A stretch of 64,000 bases of DNA from Patescibacteria group bacterium. GTDB taxonomy: Bacteria; Patescibacteriota; Minisyncoccia; UBA6257; GWB1-50-10. Location of the stretch: the NCBI GenBank assembly GCA_040757555.1, contig JBFLWN010000001.1, positions 53,128-117,127 of the forward strand, given 5' to 3'. A model generated the notes under the pieces. The model made no database searches. It worked only from the letters and a program-made list of their open reading frames with translations, and had not been told where the DNA came from. Positions 46,028 through 55,937 of this stretch are shown in pieces. Numbering within the stretch: position 1 is the stretch's first letter; every line of letters begins with the position of its first letter. Made by a program: the position numbers and the translations under genes.

Positions 46028-47440
46028 TTAAATAAAAATAAGTGTATCCCCGATGCGAATATCAATATCACTTTCCGCTAACAGTCCCGCTTCAACTCCC
46101 GTCTCTGCTGATGAGACATCTTTTCTTCCTGACTGAAGATTTAAAATTTTTCCACTTCCAATTAATTTCCCTCCTCTCCATAAATCAAAAGTGCCCTGAT
46201 TTTTCACTGGTCCGAGAATTACTTTTCCTCCTACAATTCGTTCCTTCCCCTTTCCTCCAAATACTCCCAATATTTCAATACTCGGCATTTCCTTCGGATT
46301 CCTTCTTTTTATGTATTCAATCAACTCTTTCTCAAGTTCATAAATGATATCAGACTGAATCATCATCACTTTTTCATTTCGCGCCATATTGAGCGCTGCC
46401 TTATCTACCCTCACTTTAAATCCAAGAATAATTCCATGTGTACTCTGCGCAAATTTTATATCGGTTTCATAAATATCTCCGACACTTGCTGATGCGATAA
46501 TAATCGGCCGATCGCTCGGAATGCGTTCCGCAATTCCCCTTACCGCCTCCAAGGATCCCGCTTCGTCTGCTTTCACCACCAACGAAATAGTTGCTTCTTC
46601 TTTTATATTTTTTCCAAGTCCGGTTTGCACCGATGTATTCCCTACATGAAGTTTTTTTATTTCGTCTCCGCACACAAACTGCTCTCCAACTTCAGGAAGT
46701 GTTTCAAACCCAAGAATAAGTGCAGGGGCACTTGGCACAAGTGATTTTGCTGATTTCCCGAGAAAATCATTTAATATTTTTATCTTTCCCTTTGCACTCT
46801 TTGTGGCGATGACTTCCCCTTGAGATAGTGTTCCGTTTTTCACAATCACTCCCACAATTCCTCCGCGACGCGGATCAAGCTTACTTGTGATCACAACTCC
46901 CGTTGGACTTGCGGACGGATCATATGAGAGATCCTGCATCTCCGATGCGAGGATAACTAAATCCAAAAGATCGTTTACTCCTTCTCCGGTTTTCGCTGAA
47001 ATCGGATGCCACGACACATCTCCTCCAAATCCCTCGAGATACAGTCCAATATTTGCGAGATCGGATTTCGTCTTCTCAATATTCGCGTTTGGTTTATCAA
47101 TTTTATTGATTGCAACAATGCACGTGATATTTTCTTTTTTTATATATTCAAGCGCATTCTGCGTTTGTGGTTTCACCCCATCGTCGGCAGCCACCACGAG
47201 AATTGCGAGATCGGCGATACGCGCACTGTGTTCTCGCATCTTCGAAAATGCCTCATGTCCCGGGGTATCGATAAATGTAATTTTGCTTCCTTTGTGAGTA
47301 ATCTCATACGCCCCAATAGACTGAGTGATTCCTCCTGCCTCCTTTTCTGCCACGGTGGTTTTGCGGATATAATCAAGAAGCGTGGTTTTTCCATGATCCA
47401 CATGTCCCATAACTGCGATGACTGGAGGACGTTTTTCCAT
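46028..47440 (-). CDS. infB: Translation initiation factor IF-2 (short form lacking the N-domain)
   Basis: RPPVIAVMGHVDHGKTT, GGITQ, DTPGHEAF, NKID. Confidence 0.96.
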   Translation of the reverse strand: MEKRPPVIAVMGHVDHGKTTLLDYIRKTTVAEKEAGGITQSIGAYEITHKGSKITFIDTPGHEAFSKMREHSARIADLAILVVAADDGVKPQTQNALEYIKKENITCIVAINKIDKPNANIEKTKSDLANIGLYLEGFGGDVSWHPISAKTGEGVNDLLDLVILASEMQDLSYDPSASPTGVVITSKLDPRRGGIVGVIVKNGTLSQGEVIATKSAKGKIKILNDFLGKSAKSLVPSAPALILGFETLPEVGEQFVCGDEIKKLHVGNTSVQTGLGKNIKEEATISLVVKADEAGSLEAVRGIAERIPSDRPIIIASASVGDIYETDIKFAQSTHGIILGFKVRVDKAALNMARNEKVMMIQSDIIYELEKELIEYIKRRNPKEMPSIEILGVFGGKGKERIVGGKVILGPVKNQGTFDLWRGGKLIGSGKILNLQSGRKDVSSAETGVEAGLLAESDIDIRIGDTLIFI

Positions 47441-47541
47441 GTTTACAACCGTAACAGAGAAAACACATAAATACAAGAAAAACCATAATAAATCTACTTG
47501 AATGCAGATCTGTTTTGCATTATTCTCAATTGGTAAGTCTT

Positions 47542-47628
47542 GGAGGCGTGGCTGAGTGGTTTAAAGCGGCATCCTGCTAAGATGTCGACCGGGAAACCGG
47601 TCCGAAGGTTCGAATCCTTCCGCCTCCG
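47542..47628 (+). tRNA. tRNA-Ser (GCT)
   Basis: Long variable arm, anticodon loop CTGCTAA. Confidence 0.95.
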
Positions 47629-47815
47629 CAAGAAAACAGCGCATTTATGTGCTGTTTTTGTATGCGGATGCGGGAGCGAGACAACTGCTTGTCTCGCGTC
47701 CGGATTCGAACGCCGGAGCATGCGCAACTCAGTAGAATTGCACGCGAGGCGGTGGCTAGACAAATTCTCTCTGACGAGAGAGAATTTAGTCAAAGCCGAA
47801 TCCTTCCGCCTCCGC
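47611..47815 (+). repeat. tRNA-Ser(GCT) 3'-anchored structured element (family A) bounded by 19-bp direct repeats
   Basis: cgaatccttccgcctccgc at 47611 and 47797; family A core between them. Confidence 0.85.
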
Positions 47816-47858
47816 CAAAATTAGACCCCATCCGAAAAACAGAAAAGTATAAATAACT

Positions 47859-49175
47859 ATGACAAATACAAGAACAAAAAAACGAAATATAGTCATATTT
47901 CATAAAGTTTTTCCACGTTACAAAATTAACCGAAGTAAAGATGGGAGGGTCGAACGTCAAGAAATTTTTCCAATATCATCTGTAGATGTCCGCAAGTCAT
48001 TTTTAAAATTTAATCTTCATCCAATTTTCTCAGACTTTGAGGAAGAAACAAAACAATCTTTGAGTGGTTTCGGTATAAAATTTGATTCGGGTTTTTTTAG
48101 GAGAGGGAATTCTGAAACAGAGATATTTTTAGGTAATCATATATTGGTAATAGTAGAGAAATATAGTGATTTCGGAAGCACGCTTCTGCAAATAGTATTT
48201 TGTTATGATTCTGAAAAAAAATATCATGCCGTCTTGGCGGCAATCAGGCGATTAAAAAATTTCAGAGGTCTGAAAGAGGGTACTTATTTTGAGTCAGCAA
48301 TGAAACAAAAACTCGACGAAGTGTTAAAGAATGATAGTCCTAACGGAAAAACAATTAAGAACACAAAGTTGAAGAAAATATTTACCGTTATGGAAAAGGA
48401 CTCCAACAAAGATATCATAAAAAAAATAGTCAAAAATTTGGGGATAACATCACTCTCAGATGTTAAAGATAATATTATTAATAGTTTTGAAAGCGAAGAT
48501 GATAAAAAAATCGCCGAGAATCTCCTAAACAACCAATTTTTATTTACGAAACAATATAGATTACGGTGCAAGGATTGTAATTGGATATTTACTGATTTCA
48601 CTTATAGAAACTTTAGTGAGGCACAAAGCGTAATTAAGAAAGGAAGATACACTTGCTCTCGGCGTCGATGCCCACGAAAATTAAATGAGTTGGTTCCAGT
48701 AGAAGTATTTTCTGTGCAGTCTGATGCAGTGCGTTGTCTGGGGGGTGTTTGGTTAGAAAAGTATTTCAACGACATTATACATAAAAGGACAAAATATAGT
48801 TGGGCTGGGAAAATGAACGAAGATGATGAGTTAGATAACGTCTTCGTATTCGCTGAAAAGATTTTTCTTGTCGAATGTAAAGATACCTCCTTTGGGATGT
48901 CCGACCTTTATTCAATCATGATAAAAGCAAAAAATATGGAAGCCGATAGAATTCTGATCATAACAACTCAAAATATTAACAAAAATGTTTCTAATAAAAT
49001 CAAGGAATTGAATAAAGAGGGAGAATACAACATCTCCACTATCGTGGATTTACCAAACAAGATAGAGACAAAACTAGACGATATATTATCTAAGGATCGG
49101 GACCTGTTTTTTGAGCAGATTCTGGTTGGTAGTAGATCAAGACCAAGGATTAATCTTCCTTACCTTCTTGATTAA
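47859..49175 (+). CDS. Hypothetical protein with zinc ribbon and C-terminal PD-(D/E)XK nuclease-like domain
   Basis: CKDC..CSxxxC and GVWLE..ELDNV..LVECKD. Confidence 0.6.
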   Translation: MTNTRTKKRNIVIFHKVFPRYKINRSKDGRVERQEIFPISSVDVRKSFLKFNLHPIFSDFEEETKQSLSGFGIKFDSGFFRRGNSETEIFLGNHILVIVEKYSDFGSTLLQIVFCYDSEKKYHAVLAAIRRLKNFRGLKEGTYFESAMKQKLDEVLKNDSPNGKTIKNTKLKKIFTVMEKDSNKDIIKKIVKNLGITSLSDVKDNIINSFESEDDKKIAENLLNNQFLFTKQYRLRCKDCNWIFTDFTYRNFSEAQSVIKKGRYTCSRRRCPRKLNELVPVEVFSVQSDAVRCLGGVWLEKYFNDIIHKRTKYSWAGKMNEDDELDNVFVFAEKIFLVECKDTSFGMSDLYSIMIKAKNMEADRILIITTQNINKNVSNKIKELNKEGEYNISTIVDLPNKIETKLDDILSKDRDLFFEQILVGSRSRPRINLPYLLD

Positions 49176-49296
49176 ATCCCAATTAATTTAAAATCCCCAA
49201 CTAACACCGCACTTGTCGCGGTGTTATCTTTTTTCTTGACACTCCTCCCCGACTCCCCCTATAGTACAATCAGCCACTTAACTTAGCGGAGAAGTA

Positions 49297-49563
49297 ATGC
49301 CCACAACAGATGAATATCTCGTGAAAACTGTAAAACGCATCGAAAAAGATAAGAAAAAATTCGATGAATTTATTACAACAAAACCTCAGTTCAAAGACAA
49401 AAAGTTCTTCAAGGAATACCGCCTCGGTCTCCCCCAGAAAAGATCTGTCGTTGTTCAATACAATGATGAATTATGGACAGTAAGTTTCGGAAATGGCCCC
49501 GGCTCAAAAATATCAATGAAAAAACTTCAAAGTGCATTGGAATTTCTGCTTTTCCAAAAATAG
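49297..49563 (+). CDS. Small hypothetical protein
   Basis: ttgaca..tatagt promoter and GGAG SD upstream. Confidence 0.5.
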   Translation: MPTTDEYLVKTVKRIEKDKKKFDEFITTKPQFKDKKFFKEYRLGLPQKRSVVVQYNDELWTVSFGNGPGSKISMKKLQSALEFLLFQK

Positions 49564-49634
49564 TTCCTAAACACAAATCGCCAAAACATCGGCGGTTTTT
49601 TATTGTTTCAAAGAAAACTGATACAATTGAATAC

Positions 49635-50081
49635 ATGAATCCCGTACCGAAACAGATTCTTTATTTGAGAATCCTTTTTCTTATTTTTACCCTCTATTGG
49701 AGCCTCATCGCCTTCTTTTCCCTTGGATTTTTAATTATTGGTGCCGCTGATTCGGGCGCCCCTAATTCCATTTTTATAATCATTTTCTCTCTATTATTTC
49801 TCCTCCCAATTGTTTTTTCCCTCATTTTTCTTTTTGTCATAAAAATACAAAAGAAGTGGATTCATCTCACCGCTCTTTATTTTTTTACACTCTTTGAACT
49901 TTTTCTTCTCCCCGGCGCATTTTCAGAATTACAAACAAACCAATTCCCCGAATATTTCATTGGAATCATCCCGCTCATCATTTCGTGGCAAAAACTAATC
50001 GCATTCATTTTAATCGGTGTAATTCTTTCCCTACTCCTCAAAAAACAAGTCCGAGAATATTATCTCAATAAACAAGTATAG
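49635..50081 (+). CDS. Hypothetical multi-pass membrane protein
   Basis: Four hydrophobic segments. Confidence 0.6.
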   Translation: MNPVPKQILYLRILFLIFTLYWSLIAFFSLGFLIIGAADSGAPNSIFIIIFSLLFLLPIVFSLIFLFVIKIQKKWIHLTALYFFTLFELFLLPGAFSELQTNQFPEYFIGIIPLIISWQKLIAFILIGVILSLLLKKQVREYYLNKQV

Positions 50082-50122
50082 GTATACAAATCAATAAAAA
50101 AACCGCCATTATCGGCGGTTTT

Positions 50123-50980
50123 TTATTTCTTCAATTCCTCAAAAATATTTTTTATATATTCCGCTCGCTCGGGCGTCCACTTGATGAATATATCTTGCCC
50201 TGGATAAAACCATATTAACTTCACCCCACTCACCGCAACGTTTTTTATCTGCATCGCCACTTGTTGTGGTGTCGGCCAATCGATTAATCCATGTCCCCCG
50301 ATACTCGAAATAATATCAACATATTTTCCCTTCATCCCCTCCTCATACAATAATCGGGCGTGGGTTTGCACAATTGGTTGTATTTCAAATCCATCGTTTT
50401 GCATTCTTTCCACAAGTCGGCGTTGTGTGCCATATATTTTGAGTGGCCCCATGATCGGATAGGTATCGGGCTGAAATCCTATTTCTTTCAAATTGGGAAT
50501 ATTAAGAAGTTCCTCATATGTCCCCGTTCTCGGTGTGGCAATAAATATTTTTTTATCGGGAAATTTTTCTTTACTCCACGTGATCCATTTTTCAATATCG
50601 GTATTTTTGTAGTTTGCTTTATGCACGTGTGGTTCGTCGAGAAAAAAACCCTCAACCACTTTATTTCCGCCAAATTTTTCCATTCTCATAAAATCATCGG
50701 GATGAAGTGTTCCTGCGCTGATATATACCATAAGACCATTTTTCTCCGCTTCACTGAGTCTCCTCATGGCATCTTCTTCGCTATAACTTCCAATAAGTAC
50801 GTAATCAATTCCCAATGATTTAAATTCCTTGTAATACTCAGTATCATCCGCGGGGAGAAACCCAAATTTTAAATCGGGAGAAATGGTGTTTTTATACGGA
50901 CGCTCAAAAAGATAGAGAAATAAAAATATGCCCGCCACACAAGAGAACACAATCAACAGAATAAGGGTTTTCTTTTTCAT
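50123..50980 (-). CDS. Membrane-anchored glycoside-hydrolase-like protein
   Basis: GFFLDEP, PDTYP and WPTP motifs suggest a TIM-barrel GH fold. Confidence 0.5.
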   Translation of the reverse strand: MKKKTLILLIVFSCVAGIFLFLYLFERPYKNTISPDLKFGFLPADDTEYYKEFKSLGIDYVLIGSYSEEDAMRRLSEAEKNGLMVYISAGTLHPDDFMRMEKFGGNKVVEGFFLDEPHVHKANYKNTDIEKWITWSKEKFPDKKIFIATPRTGTYEELLNIPNLKEIGFQPDTYPIMGPLKIYGTQRRLVERMQNDGFEIQPIVQTHARLLYEEGMKGKYVDIISSIGGHGLIDWPTPQQVAMQIKNVAVSGVKLIWFYPGQDIFIKWTPERAEYIKNIFEELKK

Positions 50981-51074
50981 TGTCTTTCTCAATTATACCA
51001 CCCACTCTAACACTTAGCGCACATATAAAAAACTGCTACAATTATATGTATGAATCCCGTTAACAATTAACTAT

Positions 51075-52130
51075 ATGAACACCGAAAAAAGAGTTATTAA
51101 AACAATCAAAAATGTCATGCCTGCGGTGGTAACTATTGTGATTAAAAAAAGTCTTGAGGAGGTAAAAAAGGATTTAAAAGCGGAACAAGCGAGCACAAAA
51201 AATATGCTCGATAAAATTGATGTATTCTCTATTCCAAAAGATAAAATTGACTCTCACGGCATGGTGCAAATCGACGGAGGCTCGGGTTTTATTGTTGATA
51301 AAAAGGGAATTGTGCTCACTAATAAACATGTAATTAGTGATTTGGGTGCTGAATACACCGTTATCATGAATAATAACGAAGAATATAAGGCGACACTCCT
51401 TGCACGCGACCCGGTTGATGATGTGGCAATACTTAAAATTGAATCTCCGAAAAAACTTCCCACTCTTGAGTTTGGTAATTCACAAGTGGTACAAATCGGA
51501 CAAACCGTGCTTGCGTTTGGAAATGCGCTTGGGATATTTCAAAATACCGTTTCTATGGGAATTATTTCGGGCCTTTCACGTTCCATTCTCGCACACCCCG
51601 ATCCAAAAGCTCCCGCACAAGAGATGAGAGGACTCATTCAAACTGATGCCGCGATTAATCCAGGAAATTCAGGGGGACCTCTCACTGATATCTACGGACG
51701 CGTCATCGGTATTAATGCCGCAATTGTTTCAGATGCCGAAAACATCAGTCTCGCTATTCCAATAAATTCCGCGATAAGAGATCTGGAGGATATAAAAAAA
51801 TATGGGAAAATCAGACGTCCTCTTCTTGGACTTCATTATCTTATTTTAGGAAACGATCTCGCCGAAAAACTCCGTCTCCCTGTTTCCTACGGGGCGATTG
51901 TGATGCGCGAACACCCAATGGAAAAGGCAATTATTCCCGAAAGCCCCGCAGAAGACGCAGGACTTAAAGAGAATGATATTATTCTCGAATGGAATGGAGA
52001 AAAAATTACTACCGAGAAAACAATTCTTGATTTCCTTGAAACCCAAAACGTGGGCGATTCCGTAAAACTAAAAGTGTTCCGCGATGAAAAAGAAATTAAT
52101 CTCACGCTTATACTCGGCGAAAGAAAATAG
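51075..52130 (+). CDS. HtrA/DegP-family serine protease with PDZ domain
   Basis: GSGFI, TNKHV, IQTDAAINPGNSGGPL, PDZ. Confidence 0.95.
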   Translation: MNTEKRVIKTIKNVMPAVVTIVIKKSLEEVKKDLKAEQASTKNMLDKIDVFSIPKDKIDSHGMVQIDGGSGFIVDKKGIVLTNKHVISDLGAEYTVIMNNNEEYKATLLARDPVDDVAILKIESPKKLPTLEFGNSQVVQIGQTVLAFGNALGIFQNTVSMGIISGLSRSILAHPDPKAPAQEMRGLIQTDAAINPGNSGGPLTDIYGRVIGINAAIVSDAENISLAIPINSAIRDLEDIKKYGKIRRPLLGLHYLILGNDLAEKLRLPVSYGAIVMREHPMEKAIIPESPAEDAGLKENDIILEWNGEKITTEKTILDFLETQNVGDSVKLKVFRDEKEINLTLILGERK

Positions 52131-52187
52131 ATTCCCTGATTTAAAATTCGAAATCTAAAATTATTAAAAACTCCCTTAAGGGAGTTT

Positions 52188-53129
52188 TTAATATGTGTAT
52201 TCATCCACTAAGAGTCCGTTTCGGTCATAAAGGAGTATCCGATCGTGATCTCTATCAAAAGAAAATTGCTGATCTATCCATGCGCGCCATTCAGTCGAAA
52301 AGAAATCGGGTTGATTTTTGTATTTTGAATAACACCCCCCATAATTTAACGAATTAAGATATGCACTACATCCCGCATCTTCGGATAAGGAGAATTGATT
52401 TTTTTCATTTGAAGACGGTTCGCGACATGTTCCTAATGAATAAATGAATGATTGACATTTCCCCGAGAATGAAACCATTGTGGTCCTATCTGCCGATGGA
52501 CAATTGTTAGGAAGTGCAGGAGAAAATGTATATGAATTATTTAAATATCCGATACACTTGTTCAAACGAAAGTTTTGGTTATTTGGACTCCTCCCGCTAT
52601 ATACCACAAGATATTCTCCTTTTTTCAAAAGAATATCAGACACCTGAGGAGACCCTTGTATTCCGTAGTCCGCAATTCCCCGAGGAACAAATATTTCTGC
52701 TCCTCTATTTCCTTTTATCTTCCAATCAGTCACATTCGCCGCATCTTCGAGCGCATAATCAGTGCGAAGGGTGAATTGTGCCTGAGAATAGGAATCATAC
52801 GCACGCGTTACATTTTCGAGCCTAACTTTATCGTAATAGGGAGAAAGTTGTGAAAGTGAAAATCCAGTAGGAGGTACAATAACTGGTTTTTCCGGCTCGC
52901 GCTGGGGAGGAATAACTTCTTTTTGACGAGCCTCTTCAAGGGCTTTTTGCGCATCTTCATGTGCAGGATTCGAAAAACCCAAATTTAACTTGAATCCCCC
53001 CGTCGAACTTGAATTTGAAAATGCCGGAAATAACTTTGAAAACTGAAGATCGCTTTTTGTATTGGTGAACGCCAAATACGCGCCAACCACTACCACGAGA
53101 GCAACAATAACATAAATAATATATTTCAT
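52188..53129 (-). CDS. Membrane-anchored hypothetical protein
   Basis: TM segment, Cys-rich region FRLNKCIGYL, C-terminal LYDRNGLLVDEYTY. Confidence 0.7.
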   Translation of the reverse strand: MKYIIYVIVALVVVVGAYLAFTNTKSDLQFSKLFPAFSNSSSTGGFKLNLGFSNPAHEDAQKALEEARQKEVIPPQREPEKPVIVPPTGFSLSQLSPYYDKVRLENVTRAYDSYSQAQFTLRTDYALEDAANVTDWKIKGNRGAEIFVPRGIADYGIQGSPQVSDILLKKGEYLVVYSGRSPNNQNFRLNKCIGYLNNSYTFSPALPNNCPSADRTTMVSFSGKCQSFIYSLGTCREPSSNEKNQFSLSEDAGCSAYLNSLNYGGCYSKYKNQPDFFSTEWRAWIDQQFSFDRDHDRILLYDRNGLLVDEYTY

Positions 53130-53146
53130 CTTATCTATTAATCATA

Positions 53147-55540
53147 TCAAACGACGATATTAATAATCTTTCCCGGAACGTAGATAAATTTCTTTATCGT
53201 TTTTCCCTCAGTATATGATTTTACCTTTTCATTCATAAGCGCTAGACGCTCCATTTCTTCCTGTGGGATATTCTTTGCCACCTCAATCTGTCCGCGTACT
53301 TTTCCATTCACTTGCACTACAACCATAAAGAGATCTTTTTCGACAAGGGTCGCATCAAATACGGGCCACGCCGAAGTATGAATTGAATTTTCATTTCCAA
53401 GTTCGTGCCACAATTCTTCTGCGATATGCGGAGTAAGTGGCGCGAGAAGTTTCAAAAATATTTCTTTCGTTTCTCTGCTTATTTTTTTATTCTCTATTTG
53501 ATTTAAAAGAATCATAAGTGCTGAAACAACGGTGTTAAATTTAAACACTTCAATGTCTTCACCCACTTTCTTTATTGTTTCATGAAGTGCACCCCTCACC
53601 ATACTCTCTTCCTCACCCTCATTCTCTTTTGATTGAAAAAGTTTATATACTCGCTCAAGAAATCTACTTACTCCCAAAATCCCTCGCTCGTTCCAACTTA
53701 CCGTTGCTTCATGTGGACCTAAGAAAAGTTCATACATACGAAGTGCGTCGGCGCCGAATTCTTTTACAATTGCGTCTGGGTTTGCGACATTCCCACGACT
53801 CTTCGACATCTTCTCTCCGTCGGCACCAAGAATAATTCCGTGAGGAATTCTTCTTTTATAGGGCTCGGGTGTTGGAACAAATTTTTCATCATATAAAAAT
53901 TCGTGCCAAAACCGTGAATATAGTAAATGAAGGGTAGTGTGTTCCATTCCTCCGAAATATACATCCACCGGAAGCCATCGCTTCAATAACTCTTCTCCTG
54001 CAAATTCTTTTTCATTCTTTGGGTCAGTGTAACGGAGATAATACCACGAACTTCCCGCCCACTGGGGCATTGTATTTGTTTCACGTTTTCCGGAACCTCC
54101 ACATTTCGGACATGTTGTATTTACCCATGACTCAATCGCGGCAAGCGGTGATTCACCGGTTCCTGTTGGTTCATATTTTTTTACCTCAGGGAGTGTCACG
54201 GGAAGTTCTTCTTCCGGAACGGGGACAATTCCGCATTTTTCGCAGTGAATAAGAGGAATTGGTTCTCCCCAATAGCGCTGTCTCGAAAACACCCAATCAC
54301 GAAGACGATACTGAACTTGTTTTTTTCCTTTTACAAATTCCGTTATTTTTTCTTTTGCTTCCTCAATTGATAGCCCATTAAATTTCTTCGAATTCACGAG
54401 TACACCATCGCCCACATATGCTTCGTGGAGTGGTTCGGAAATTTTTCCATCCGAGATAACAATTTTTATTGGCAACTCAAATTTCTTTGCAAATTCAAAA
54501 TCACGTTCATCATGTGCGGGCACCGCCATAATTGCCCCCGTGCCATATCCTGAAAGTACATAGTCCGCAGCAAAAATTGGAATTTCTTCATTGTTTACCG
54601 GATTGATCGCTTTTATTCCTTTCAACTCCACGCCGGTCTTTTCTTTGTTTTCTATTCGTTCTTCTTCGGACTTATTTTTTGTCTCTGTAATATATTTCTC
54701 TACATCACTAAAATTTGAGATTTGAGATTTTAATTTTGAGACAATTTCGTGTTCCGGCGCCACCACCATATATGTCGCACCGAACAATGTGTCGGGCCTT
54801 GTGGTAAATACTTTTAACCAGAACTCGGAATTTAAAATTTTAAATTCTATTTCGGCTCCTTCTGAACGACCAATCCAATTTTCCTGCTGTATTTTTATTT
54901 TATTTTCCCACTCGAGTGTCTTTAATCCTTGAAGTAATTTTTCCGCATATGCGGTGATTTTCAGATACCATTGCCGCAATTCTTTTTTTTCTACCGTTGT
55001 TCCACATCGTTCACATATTCCTCCTTCTACCTCCTCATTTGCTAAACCCGTCTTACAACTCGGACACCAATTGATTAACCCCTTCGCCTCATATGCTAAT
55101 CCTGCTTTAAAAAGTTTTAAAAAAATCCACTGCGTCCATTTGTAGTAATTCGGGTCGGTAGTGTTCACTTCGCGGGACCAATCAAATCCCATCCCCCAAC
55201 TCTTGAGTTGTACTTTCGCGTTCGCAATGTTTTTTGCCGTCGAGATAGATGGATGTATTCCTTTTTTGATCGCAAAATTTTCCGCAGGTAATCCAAATGC
55301 ATCCCATCCAATCGGATACATCACTTCATATCCTTTCATCCTCAAAAGTCTGCTATACGTATCACCCGCAACATAAGGACGTAAATGACCCATGTGCAAT
55401 CCCTCTCCGGATGGATAGGGAAATTCTATGAGAACATATTTTTTTTCTTTTTTACTTTTATCATCAGCGATATACGTGCCATCTTTCTCCCATATATCCT
55501 GCCATTTTCGCTCGATTTTTGAGGGATCGTATTTCTTCAT
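53147..55540 (-). CDS. leuS: Leucine-tRNA ligase
   Basis: FPYPSG.GLHMGH, FTTRPDT, GTGAIMAVPAHD, KMSKS. Confidence 0.97.
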   Translation of the reverse strand: MKKYDPSKIERKWQDIWEKDGTYIADDKSKKEKKYVLIEFPYPSGEGLHMGHLRPYVAGDTYSRLLRMKGYEVMYPIGWDAFGLPAENFAIKKGIHPSISTAKNIANAKVQLKSWGMGFDWSREVNTTDPNYYKWTQWIFLKLFKAGLAYEAKGLINWCPSCKTGLANEEVEGGICERCGTTVEKKELRQWYLKITAYAEKLLQGLKTLEWENKIKIQQENWIGRSEGAEIEFKILNSEFWLKVFTTRPDTLFGATYMVVAPEHEIVSKLKSQISNFSDVEKYITETKNKSEEERIENKEKTGVELKGIKAINPVNNEEIPIFAADYVLSGYGTGAIMAVPAHDERDFEFAKKFELPIKIVISDGKISEPLHEAYVGDGVLVNSKKFNGLSIEEAKEKITEFVKGKKQVQYRLRDWVFSRQRYWGEPIPLIHCEKCGIVPVPEEELPVTLPEVKKYEPTGTGESPLAAIESWVNTTCPKCGGSGKRETNTMPQWAGSSWYYLRYTDPKNEKEFAGEELLKRWLPVDVYFGGMEHTTLHLLYSRFWHEFLYDEKFVPTPEPYKRRIPHGIILGADGEKMSKSRGNVANPDAIVKEFGADALRMYELFLGPHEATVSWNERGILGVSRFLERVYKLFQSKENEGEEESMVRGALHETIKKVGEDIEVFKFNTVVSALMILLNQIENKKISRETKEIFLKLLAPLTPHIAEELWHELGNENSIHTSAWPVFDATLVEKDLFMVVVQVNGKVRGQIEVAKNIPQEEMERLALMNEKVKSYTEGKTIKKFIYVPGKIINIVV

Positions 55541-55937
55541 ATTGTTTTATAGTAATTCAAAAAACCCATTATCTCAATAAATTCTCCGCACAACCGCAAA
55601 GGGTGTATAATAAAATCAGATCATTTTTGGCGGTCAGCTAATATAATGAAATGTGCCTGTAGTTTAAGGTAAAACCAACTTTACGGCCCCGCCACAATAT
55701 ATAAAACCCTCCCCTATTCGAGGGTTTTTCTTTATTCTCTTGAACTTAAAAAGTATAGGGGTATCATGTAAATTCTGATGCGTTCGTTGAAAATATGAGA
55801 CAGTATATGTGGTGCGCGTCCACGCCAATACTGTACGACGGAAAAAATTTTTCCGGAAAACAGGGTAACACCTGCAAAAAATATTGTTCGCCTCTGTGCG
55901 AATAAAACAAATTAACCCCTCTCGCGAGGGGTTCCTT

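Noticed and set aside
3714-47815. Possible CRISPR array or tRNA pseudogenes suggested by the direct repeats
   Set aside because: There are only two copies per locus, the repeats are tRNA 3' ends, spacing is 165-186 bp, no cas genes are present and the distal copies lack D and anticodon arms.
47494-47856. ORFs across tRNA-Ser(GCT) and its element; likewise 40651-40866, 44203-44622, 45242-45674 and 41695-42255
   Set aside because: They are shadows of tRNAs, repeats or real genes on the opposite strand.
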